This document shows, piece after piece, positions 24,574-32,000 of a stretch of DNA of 32,000 bases. The translations under genes and the position numbers were made by a program. The notes below the pieces were generated by a model. That model saw only the letters and a program-made list of their open reading frames with translations. It searched no databases and was not told the origin of the DNA. The stretch's first letter is position 1. The number at the start of each line of letters is the position of its first letter. The DNA comes from an uncultured Alphaproteobacteria bacterium (GTDB lineage: Bacteria > Pseudomonadota > Alphaproteobacteria > Rs-D84 > CACZYB01), in contig CAKQHZ010000004.1 of the NCBI GenBank assembly GCA_934246625.1, forward strand, positions 1-32,000, read 5' to 3'.

Positions 24574-25716
24574 ATGAAAAAAAATTTGTTAGCTTTGGCT
24601 TTTGTTTTAGCCTCATCTTCTTTTGTTTTAGCAGAAGATAAAATTGATTATGATAAACCTTTTGATCAAATAAAGGAGGATATGTCAAGTTTTGAAAACA
24701 GACATAGTTTGATGCCGAGAGTTGAAGAAAAAGTTCAACTTTCACCTGTGGTTTCAAATCCTGATAATGGGGTCGCGGTGCTTCCATTGTTAGATGGAAA
24801 ACCAGTTGATAGTTCTTCTCCTGATAATTCTGTTAAATCTGATGTAGAAAATAAGGTTGAAAATGTTGATACTCCTGTGCAAATAAAGGCTATGAGTAAA
24901 GAAGCTATGGAACAAATGGATACTCCAAAAACTTCAACAATAAAAAATATAAATAAAGTTCCTGAAAATTTAGATGTCGCAGATGACAAGCCAGTTGAAA
25001 TTGTGCCAATGTCTCCTGTTGTTAAAGAGGAAGCAAAAGTTGATGCTCCTGTTATTGATAAGCCAGAAGGTTATGATGAGTTGATGAAAATGGCAAAAGA
25101 ACAAGGCGGTGTTATAAAACCATCTAATTATAAAGAAGATATGAATGGTAATCTTGTTCTTGCTCCTGAAACAAAAGAAGAAGTGAAGGTTGTATCTTCT
25201 CCTGTAATAGAAGAAAAAAAGGAAGATGTTGTTAATAAACCTTTGTTTAATTCTGTGGAGGAAAAGGCACAAGTTCAAGAGGTAAAACCTGTTGCTCCTG
25301 TTGTTGAAACAACAAAGGAAGTTGCTCCTGTTAAATATTCTGCTCCACTTCTTGTAAATAAAGAAATTTCAAATAATGTTAAAGAAGATGTTAAACCTGA
25401 AGTAAAACCTGTATCAACACCAGTTTATAAAACAGATGTTGTTGATAGAAGTGTGAAAACTCAATCTGAAGAAAAACCTTATCAATCTATTGCACATATT
25501 GCCTCTTATAAAACAGAAGATAGTGCGAAAAAGGGTATCGGTGTAATTATATCAAAATATCCTCGTGCAAATATGTTTGAAACATATATTCATTACGAAT
25601 ATGTTGATGGAAAGGGTAATTTTTATAGGTTATATTTCTTAGGCGATAGACGTGAACTTGAATATCTTTGCCGTGAAATGAAAGCTAATGGTGATTGGTG
25701 TAATATTTTGAAATAA
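24574..25716 (+). CDS. SPOR domain-containing secreted protein
   Basis: 380 aa. Signal peptide MKKNLLALAFVLASSSFVLA, a long P/V/E/K-rich linker, and a C-terminal SPOR-like domain (IAHIASYKTEDSAKKGI...FYRLYFLG). GAGGGG lies upstream. Confidence 0.75.
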   Translation: MKKNLLALAFVLASSSFVLAEDKIDYDKPFDQIKEDMSSFENRHSLMPRVEEKVQLSPVVSNPDNGVAVLPLLDGKPVDSSSPDNSVKSDVENKVENVDTPVQIKAMSKEAMEQMDTPKTSTIKNINKVPENLDVADDKPVEIVPMSPVVKEEAKVDAPVIDKPEGYDELMKMAKEQGGVIKPSNYKEDMNGNLVLAPETKEEVKVVSSPVIEEKKEDVVNKPLFNSVEEKAQVQEVKPVAPVVETTKEVAPVKYSAPLLVNKEISNNVKEDVKPEVKPVSTPVYKTDVVDRSVKTQSEEKPYQSIAHIASYKTEDSAKKGIGVIISKYPRANMFETYIHYEYVDGKGNFYRLYFLGDRRELEYLCREMKANGDWCNILK

Positions 25717-25789
25717 AAACTTGCTTGCGAAGTATTTTTATTCGTGATATGCTCTTCTATGTTTAATAATAATATAGAGGAGTTTTTTT

Positions 25790-27400
25790 ATGAATGTAAA
25801 AGAAATTTTGACAACACCTTTTGATAATCAAAAGCCTGGAACTGGTGGAATAAGAAAACAAACAAAAGTTTTTGTGCAACCTCATTTTTTGGAAAATTTT
25901 ATACAATCTGCTCTTAATGTAAGAATTGAAAATGGCGATGTTTTGAATTCTTGGGTTATTGGTGGTGATGGAAGATACCCAGGGTTAGAATTTTTGCCTC
26001 GTATTATAAAAATGTTGATTGCCAATGGGGTGAAAAAAGTTTTGGTTGTTGGTCGTGATTTGGTTGCTCCTACACCTGCAATTTCTCATATTATAAGAAA
26101 GTATAAAGCTGATGGTGGTTTTATTTTGTCCGCTTCTCACAATCCTGCTGGTATTAATGGTGATTTTGGTGTAAAGGTTGAAATGGATAATGGTGGACAA
26201 GCTCCTGAATCATTTACAAATGCACTATATGAAAATACAAAAAATATTAAAGTATATAAGACTTTGGATATTTCAGATGAGGAAGCATTGAAACTTAATC
26301 AAGTGGAATATTTGGACCCAATTAAGGATTATGCTGATTTAATGGAATCTATGTTTGATTTTGATTTAATCAAAGGTTGGTTTAAGGCTGGTAATACTTT
26401 CCGTTTTGATGCAATGAATGCGTCCACAGGAAAAACAGCAATCGAAATTTTTGTGAACAGATTAGGTGCAAAAAAGGAATGGATTTTGAATAGTGAAACC
26501 TTGCCTGATTTTGGTGGAGTGCACCCTGAACCAAATCCAACATACGCAAAAAGCATTTATGATTTTATGATGAATGGTGGTGCTGACTTTGGTTGTGCAT
26601 GTGATGGTGATGGCGACAGAAATATGATACTGGGTAAAGGTTTTTATGTAAAACCTTCTGATTGCTTGGCAATTATGACTAAATATCATAAATTTATTCC
26701 TTATTATAAAGATGGATTGAAGGGGGTGGCTCGTTCAATTCCAACATCAAGTGCAGTTGATTTGGTTGCTGAAAAAATGGGGCTTGATATTTATAAAACT
26801 CCTACTGGTTGGAAATTTTTTGCAAATCTTCTTGATGCCGATAAAATCAATCTTTGTGGTGAAGAAAGTTTTGGTCAAGGTGGCGATTATATCCGTGAAA
26901 AAGATGGTATCTTTGCAATATTGTTCTGGCTTAATATCCTTGCAAAAACTGGAAAAACAGTTGCTGAACTTGTCCGTGAAATGTGGAATGAAAACGGAAG
27001 ATATTTTTATTCTCAATACAGTTATGAAGGTGTTGATAAGGAAAAGGCAGAAGCAATTATCAAAAAAATGCAACAAGCTGAAATTGATGGTAAAAAATAT
27101 TCTGACTTTACTATTAAAACAAAGGAAATATTTAACTATATTGACCCTGTGACTGGTGAAGAATCAAAAAATCAAGGTATTCAAATTTTCACAACTGATG
27201 GAACAAGAATATTTTCACGACTTTCTGGAACAGGAACAGTTGGTGCAACAATGAGATTTTATATTGAAAAATATGAAAATGATAAATCAAAATTTGAAGT
27301 TGACGTTATGGAATATTTAAAGGATACTTTCAAACTTGTTGAAGATATTTTTGAAATCAAAGAAAACTTTGGCGATATAAAACCAAGTGCAATAAATTAG
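25790..27400 (+). CDS. pgm: phosphoglucomutase (alpha-D-glucose phosphate-specific)
   Basis: 536 aa. Active-site loop ILSASHNPAG, metal site CDGDGDRN, sugar-binding GEESFG. Confidence 0.9.
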   Translation: MNVKEILTTPFDNQKPGTGGIRKQTKVFVQPHFLENFIQSALNVRIENGDVLNSWVIGGDGRYPGLEFLPRIIKMLIANGVKKVLVVGRDLVAPTPAISHIIRKYKADGGFILSASHNPAGINGDFGVKVEMDNGGQAPESFTNALYENTKNIKVYKTLDISDEEALKLNQVEYLDPIKDYADLMESMFDFDLIKGWFKAGNTFRFDAMNASTGKTAIEIFVNRLGAKKEWILNSETLPDFGGVHPEPNPTYAKSIYDFMMNGGADFGCACDGDGDRNMILGKGFYVKPSDCLAIMTKYHKFIPYYKDGLKGVARSIPTSSAVDLVAEKMGLDIYKTPTGWKFFANLLDADKINLCGEESFGQGGDYIREKDGIFAILFWLNILAKTGKTVAELVREMWNENGRYFYSQYSYEGVDKEKAEAIIKKMQQAEIDGKKYSDFTIKTKEIFNYIDPVTGEESKNQGIQIFTTDGTRIFSRLSGTGTVGATMRFYIEKYENDKSKFEVDVMEYLKDTFKLVEDIFEIKENFGDIKPSAIN

Positions 27401-27411
27401 GAGGCGTTATT

Positions 27412-27645
27412 ATGTGTTTAATGTGTGTTGCAAAAGCCGTTGAAGTATGTGTGTTGGGGGCTGCTGCTGCTGTAACTGGGGTTGCCTTTTTGAAGGTAAA
27501 ATATAATTTGCATAAAGTAAGCAAATGTGATAAAGATGGTCATTGTGGTTGCAGATGTCATTGCTCTTGCCATCAAAAAGAATGTGGCTGTGAATGTCAT
27601 AAGCATCATGATGTTGTTAAAAAGGAACAAAAGAAAAGTAAGTAG
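27412..27645 (+). CDS. Cys/His-rich small protein with hydrophobic N-terminus (putative metal-binding)
   Basis: 77 aa with 12 Cys and 7 His. The tail is CDKDGHCGCRCHCSCHQKECGCECHKHH. A strong AGGAGG (27399-27404) lies 7 nt upstream of the ATG. It is packed between pgm and ffh. Confidence 0.6.
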   Translation: MCLMCVAKAVEVCVLGAAAAVTGVAFLKVKYNLHKVSKCDKDGHCGCRCHCSCHQKECGCECHKHHDVVKKEQKKSK

Positions 27646-27652
27646 GTTGTAA

Positions 27653-29044
27653 ATGTTTGAATCTTTATCTAAAAAACTTCTTAAGACTCTTGATTATATA
27701 AGAGGTAAAGATAAACTTAGTGAAATTGATGTTGAAAACGCATTGCGTGAAATTAAAATTGCACTTTTGGAAGCTGATGTTTCATTAAATGTTGTAAAGG
27801 ATTTAATGGGACGAATTAAGGATAAGGCTGTTGGTCAAAAAATTATTGAAGATGTTTCACCTTCTCAACAAGTGGTTAAAATTGTTAATGACGAATTGGT
27901 ATCTTTGTTGGGTGAAAAAAATGAGTCTTTGAAATTAAATGATGGTAAGTTAAGTGTTATTTTAATGGCTGGACTTAATGGAAGCGGTAAAACAACAACA
28001 ACTGCAAAACTTGCAAAATTGTTGCATGATAAGGATTCAAAAAAAGTTTTGTTGGCATCTGCTGATGTCTATAGACCTCAGGCTCGTGAACAACTTCAAA
28101 TTTTGGCACAAAAGATTGGTGTTGATAGCTTGGATATAGTTGCTGATGAAAAGCCTTTGGATATAGTAAAGCGTGCTTTGAAGGTGGCTAATGCTTCGAA
28201 TTATGATGTGCTTTTTATTGATACCGCTGGTCGTGTTAGTATCGATGACGATATGATGAAGGAAATTGTCGAAATTAAAAAACTTTCTTTGCCTGATGAA
28301 ATATTGCTTTGTGTAGATAGTCTTATGGGGCAAGATGGTGTTAATGTTGCGACAGCATTTAATGATGCGATTGGTTTAACAGGTATTGTTATGACTCGTG
28401 TTGATGGTGATGCTCGTGGTGGTTCCGCAATTTCAATGCACTATATTACTGGTGTGCCAATAAAGTTTTTGGGTAGTGGTGAAAAGCCAGAAGATTTGGA
28501 ATTGTTTTTCCCAGACAGAATTGCAAGTCGAATACTTGGTATGGGGGATATTGTTTCTTTGGTTGAACAAGCCCAAGCAAAGATTGATGAAAATGAAGCA
28601 AAGGCTTTGACCGAAAGAATGCTTAATGGTCAATTCAATTTTAATGATATGCTTTCTCAATTTAGACAAGTGAAAAAACTTGGTTCTATTGGTGGAATTA
28701 TGAAATTTTTACCTGGGATTGGTGGTTTGACTGAAAAACTTCAAATGGCAGGTATAAATGATAATATGATGAAACGACAAGAAGCTATTATTCTTTCAAT
28801 GACAAAAAAAGAGCGTTTGAATCCAGATATTTTGCTTATGGGAAGAAAAAAACGTATTGCAAAAGGTGCAGGAGTTAGTTTGTCAGATGTTGAAAAACTT
28901 ATTCGACAATATCAAAAAACAAAGCAAATGATGGACCAAATGCACAAAATGGGTGGACTTAAAGGTTTGATGCAAATGGCAAAGTCAATGCAAGAAAGTG
29001 GTGATTTTGCAAATATGCTAGATTTGTCAGGATTGAAATTTTAA
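27653..29044 (+). CDS. ffh: signal recognition particle protein Ffh
   Basis: 463 aa. NG domain GLNGSGKTTT, DTAGR, TRVDGDARGG, and a Met-rich C-terminal M domain. Confidence 0.93.
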   Translation: MFESLSKKLLKTLDYIRGKDKLSEIDVENALREIKIALLEADVSLNVVKDLMGRIKDKAVGQKIIEDVSPSQQVVKIVNDELVSLLGEKNESLKLNDGKLSVILMAGLNGSGKTTTTAKLAKLLHDKDSKKVLLASADVYRPQAREQLQILAQKIGVDSLDIVADEKPLDIVKRALKVANASNYDVLFIDTAGRVSIDDDMMKEIVEIKKLSLPDEILLCVDSLMGQDGVNVATAFNDAIGLTGIVMTRVDGDARGGSAISMHYITGVPIKFLGSGEKPEDLELFFPDRIASRILGMGDIVSLVEQAQAKIDENEAKALTERMLNGQFNFNDMLSQFRQVKKLGSIGGIMKFLPGIGGLTEKLQMAGINDNMMKRQEAIILSMTKKERLNPDILLMGRKKRIAKGAGVSLSDVEKLIRQYQKTKQMMDQMHKMGGLKGLMQMAKSMQESGDFANMLDLSGLKF

Positions 29045-29061
29045 TTTTTGATATTTTTATC

Positions 29062-29089
29062 TTGAAAAATTTATTTTTTAAGTTATAAT
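29062..29089 (+). promoter_or_regulatory. candidate promoter for tRNA-Leu
   Basis: TTGAAA (29062-29067), 16-nt spacer, TATAAT (29084-29089), about 27 nt upstream of the tRNA 5' end. Confidence 0.45.
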
Positions 29090-29115
29090 TCTTTTTGTTT
29101 TATGAAACTACCTAT

Positions 29116-29206
29116 GCAGATGTGGCGGAACAGGTAGACGCAAGGGACTTAAAATCCCTCGGGTATTTAAACACCCGTGCTGGTTCGATTCCAGTCATCT
29201 GCACCA
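29116..29206 (+). tRNA. tRNA-Leu (anticodon UAA), CCA encoded
   Basis: Acceptor stem GCAGATG/CATCTGC. Anticodon stem AGGGA/TCCCT with loop CTTAAAA. Long variable arm (GGGT...ACCC). T-arm GCTGG-TTCGATT-CCAGT. Ends in 3' ACCA. Confidence 0.9.
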
Positions 29207-29229
29207 TTTTTTTATGTAGGGGACAATCA

Positions 29230-30216
29230 GTGAAAAAGATATTTGTTTTTATAACCGTTTGTTTTATGCAAATGTTTCTTTTTGCAAATGTTTCTTTTGC
29301 CTCTTCTAATTTACAAAATCTTTTTATTGTTAAGGGAATTGAGGTTTCTCAAACTTCTTATTCTTCAAGTGAAGCTAAGAAAAAGGCTTTAAATGTTGCT
29401 CGTGATGAGGCTTTTCGTGTCGTGCTTAACAGACTTTTGATTTCTTCTGATGTTGCAAATGTTGTTTTCCCAGATGATTACAATGTGGAAAAGTTTATTC
29501 AGACTGTGAAACTTAATAATGAAAAAATGACATCAACTTCTTATAGTGCAGTTGTTGATGTGCAAATCAATAAAAATTTGATGCTTGATTATCTTAAAAA
29601 TCAAGGGTTGAAGGTGTTGGAAGATGTGCCTCCATCTACACTTGTGATTTTTAAAAATGGTGATGTTTTGAATTTTGAAAATGCAAATTATGGCAACAGC
29701 AATGTTGTAAAATTTTATACCTATAATATGCAAAGTTTAAGTTGGTTTGATTTGGATAACTCTGATATTAGTGCATATAAATCTTTGCTTAATACTTACA
29801 ATGCTACTAATGTTATGATTGTTGATGTTGTGGATATGGGACAGGGTATTTATAAGATTAGTTTTAAAGATAAACTTTTGGGTATTGAAAGCGAATTTGA
29901 AACAAATTCTGATAATGCAATATCTGATTTCGTGGTGCATATAAATGATGCTTATAAGTTATCAACGAATGAAGGTGATTTTGGTAAATCCGTTTCTATG
30001 TTGGTTCCTATAATGGGGCTTTCTGATTGGATACAGCTTGAAAAAACTATTTCAAAAGTGCCATCAATAAAATCTTTTGAAGTGCAGGCTTTGAAATATA
30101 ATAAGGTTCAATTAAAGTTAAAATACAATTATGACCTTAATTCAGTTATTAACGATTTGCGTGTGGCTGGATTGGACGTGCAAAATAAAAATACTTATTT
30201 GATTGTGAAACGTTAA
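29230..30216 (+). CDS. secreted hypothetical protein
   Basis: Part of ORF 29095..30216, whose 5' end overlaps the tRNA. I placed the start at GTG 29230 (VKKIFVFITVCFMQMFLFANVSFASS is a signal peptide). The start is uncertain and ATG codons follow a few residues downstream. Its position upstream of hda loosely recalls DUF2066-type genes, but I cannot confirm that. Confidence 0.55.
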   Translation: MKKIFVFITVCFMQMFLFANVSFASSNLQNLFIVKGIEVSQTSYSSSEAKKKALNVARDEAFRVVLNRLLISSDVANVVFPDDYNVEKFIQTVKLNNEKMTSTSYSAVVDVQINKNLMLDYLKNQGLKVLEDVPPSTLVIFKNGDVLNFENANYGNSNVVKFYTYNMQSLSWFDLDNSDISAYKSLLNTYNATNVMIVDVVDMGQGIYKISFKDKLLGIESEFETNSDNAISDFVVHINDAYKLSTNEGDFGKSVSMLVPIMGLSDWIQLEKTISKVPSIKSFEVQALKYNKVQLKLKYNYDLNSVINDLRVAGLDVQNKNTYLIVKR

Positions 30217-30890
30217 TGTATCAATTACCTTTGCTTTTGGAACATAGAAGATTATTGGGTCGTGAAGATTTCCTTGTGTCTCCTTGTAATATTGAAGTCA
30301 TAGAATGGATTGATATTTATCCTGATTGGTATGGTAATAATGGTATTGTTGTTTTGGGAGATAAGTGTTCTGGAAAAACTCATCTTTCTTGGCTTTTTAG
30401 TGAAAAAAGTGGTGCGAAAGTTTATCGAATTTCTGAAATCAAAGATGAAATTTTCTCTGATATAGTGCCGATTGAATCTGCTTTGGTTATTGATGATATT
30501 GATAAGGCTGTTGGTGATTATGAGATGGAGGAAAATTTGTTCCATATTATAAATTATGCAATAGAATGCAATACAAAAATGTTTTTTACGACATCAAAAC
30601 CTCTTGTGAATTTAGATTTTAAAATTGTTGATTTAAAGACTAGGTTGCTTTCTTTTCCTGTGGCAAATATTTATGTTCCTGATGATGATTTGTTAAAGGC
30701 TTTGCTTGTAAAACAATTTATGGAGCGTGGTATAATTGTTGCTCCTGATGTGATTGAATTTATTGTAAAGCATATTGAACGCAATCCATCTTCTGTAAAG
30801 GAATTGGTTGAAAGGGCGGATTTGTTATCTTTTGAAGAAAAAAAACGAATTACTATTCCATTTGTTAAAAAGATAATTGAGGAAATGTAG
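30216..30890 (+). CDS. hda: DnaA regulatory inactivator Hda (HdaA-like)
   Basis: 224 aa. The N-terminal QLPLLLEHRRLLGREDFLVSPCN is typical of alphaproteobacterial HdaA. Contains the degenerate Walker A GDKCSGKTHL. TAATG start-stop overlap with the upstream gene. Confidence 0.8.
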   Translation: MYQLPLLLEHRRLLGREDFLVSPCNIEVIEWIDIYPDWYGNNGIVVLGDKCSGKTHLSWLFSEKSGAKVYRISEIKDEIFSDIVPIESALVIDDIDKAVGDYEMEENLFHIINYAIECNTKMFFTTSKPLVNLDFKIVDLKTRLLSFPVANIYVPDDDLLKALLVKQFMERGIIVAPDVIEFIVKHIERNPSSVKELVERADLLSFEEKKRITIPFVKKIIEEM

Positions 30891-30892
30891 TA

Positions 30893-31498
30893 TTATATTT
30901 CCTTTATTTTTTGTTTGATTTTTTCGATTGTTAATGTGCCCTGTCTTAAAACTTCTATTTGATTATCAATTACTTTTATTATTGTTGATGGGGTGCCTGA
31001 AAGTAATTCGTTGCTTTGAAGTATAGTTATTTGAGGAAAGATTTTATTTGCCATTTCGTCTGTGGTGCAGGCTGGTTCGCCTGATTTATTACAGCTTGTG
31101 GAAATAAGTGGGGTATTGATTTCCCTTAGTATAGTTTGAAGAGTTTTATTTTTTGGAATACGCACACCAATTTCATTATTTTTTATTGTGTATGGTGAAA
31201 GGTGTGTGTTTGGTTTGACCTTTACAATTAAGGTTAGTTCGTTAAAATTTTCCAAAAGCAAACTTTCAAGATTTGATATGTGTGCAATCTTTTTTATTTC
31301 TGTTATGCTTGGAAGGTTTAAAAGCAAAGTTTTTGTTTTCTCTCTGTCTTTTAATTTGTAAATTTCCTCTATTGCATTTGTGTTTGTTGCATCGCAACCT
31401 ATGCCAAAAACGGTATCAGTTGGAAATATTACAACATCTCCGTTTAAAATTTTTTTAATAAATAGGTTTATGTTTTCTTTGTTATTTTCAAGTATCAT
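30893..31498 (-). CDS. tsaC: L-threonylcarbamoyladenylate synthase (YrdC/Sua5 family)
   Basis: 201 aa. VVIFPTDTVFGIGCDATN and ISTSCNKSGEP are YrdC-domain motifs. Confidence 0.82.
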   Translation of the reverse strand: MILENNKENINLFIKKILNGDVVIFPTDTVFGIGCDATNTNAIEEIYKLKDREKTKTLLLNLPSITEIKKIAHISNLESLLLENFNELTLIVKVKPNTHLSPYTIKNNEIGVRIPKNKTLQTILREINTPLISTSCNKSGEPACTTDEMANKIFPQITILQSNELLSGTPSTIIKVIDNQIEVLRQGTLTIEKIKQKIKEI

Positions 31499-31534
31499 AA
31501 ATTCAACCTTGATTAGTTTGTTATTTTCAAGTAT
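31478..31534. repeat. 18-bp perfect direct repeat flanking the tsaC start codon
   Basis: tttgttattttcaagtat occurs at 31478-31495 (tsaC codons 2-7 on the minus strand) and again at 31517-31534 in the 5' leader, offset by 39 nt. Confidence 0.8.
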
Positions 31535-31577
31535 TATTATATACAGATTTTTAACAAATACAAATGGTTTGATATAA

Positions 31578-32000
31578 TGAAGATTTTACATTTTATTGAT
31601 AGTTCTTATTTCGCTTTTCATAAAAAAACTATTTCCGAGCTTATTTTATCGCTTAATAAGAATGATGTTAAGCAAGAGGTAATTACTTCATTTGGTGCAG
31701 ATTTGGGGTGGCTTTCTTCTGTGGTGCCAATTAAATATTGGAAGGTTGGAAAAAATGGAAAAGTCAATACATTTAGAAATAAGTTTAATATGTGGTTGGA
31801 AGTTTCAAGATTTTTACCAGATATTATTGTAAAGTGGGGAAGGGATGCAAGAGTTCTTGCTCCGTCTGGAAATTATGTTCAAATTTCATTTTTGAATGAA
31901 TGTGAAAGTTTGAAACATTTTGATAAGTCTGATTATATAATGACGAATTTGGAAAGTGTTCTTGATTATGCAAAGGAAAATGGATTTAGTGGGGCAAAGT
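31578..32000 (+). CDS. probable glycosyltransferase, 5' partial (runs off the window)
   Basis: The reading frame is open from ATG 31578 to the window end (MKILHFIDSSYFAFHKK...). The N-terminal MKILH.. beta-strand pattern is typical of GT-B glycosyltransferases. The call is weak. Confidence 0.4.

Noticed and set aside
24557-25278. Minus-strand ORFs (24557..24787, 24735..24989, 24970..25278) overlapping the SPOR gene.
   Set aside because: They are antisense to a gene with a clear signal peptide and SPOR domain, and have no start context of their own.
29095-29229. The 5' 45 codons of ORF 29095..30216, which read straight through tRNA-Leu.
   Set aside because: The tRNA cloverleaf is unambiguous. 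The real CDS most likely begins at GTG 29230, where a signal peptide starts.

Overview
Visibly AT-rich bacterial chromosomal window (GC content not computed), densely packed with proteobacterial-type housekeeping genes: spoT/rel, recN, pepA, glyQS, mlaD, ybeY, lnt, dksA, trxA, sufS plus a DUF59 Fe-S protein, pgm, ffh, tRNA-Leu(UAA), hda and tsaC. I saw no rRNA, transposase, integrase or IS element. The left ~8.6 kb looks accessory. It carries a bPH-domain membrane protein, a DUF488 protein, a small HTH regulator, a complete compact type II-C CRISPR-Cas9 module, a short CorA-like protein and an orphan 284-aa protein. The CRISPR module is the main item. It consists of cas9 (1763-5122), cas1 (5112-6011), cas2 (6014-6364) and an array of five identical 36-nt repeats with four 30-nt spacers (6491-6790). 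Upstream of and divergent from cas9 I predict a minus-strand tracrRNA (~1680 to ~1579) with a 23-nt perfect anti-repeat, its own TTGACA-18-TATAAT promoter and a hairpin plus U-tract terminator. On the minus strand every repeat starts GTTG and ends TGTTATAAT, a perfect extended -10 box. This suggests the array is transcribed antisense to the cas operon from repeat-embedded promoters, as described for Neisseria and Campylobacter type II-C loci. Other observations:
- a ~76-nt promoter/5'UTR duplication bracketing a hexapeptide acyltransferase upstream of glyQS
- a 77-aa Cys/His-rich mini-protein between pgm and ffh
- an 886-aa two-TM repetitive protein
- a zinc-finger-less DksA
- an 18-bp perfect direct repeat at the tsaC start
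All family calls come from motif recognition by eye. No searches were run, and RNA ends are approximate.
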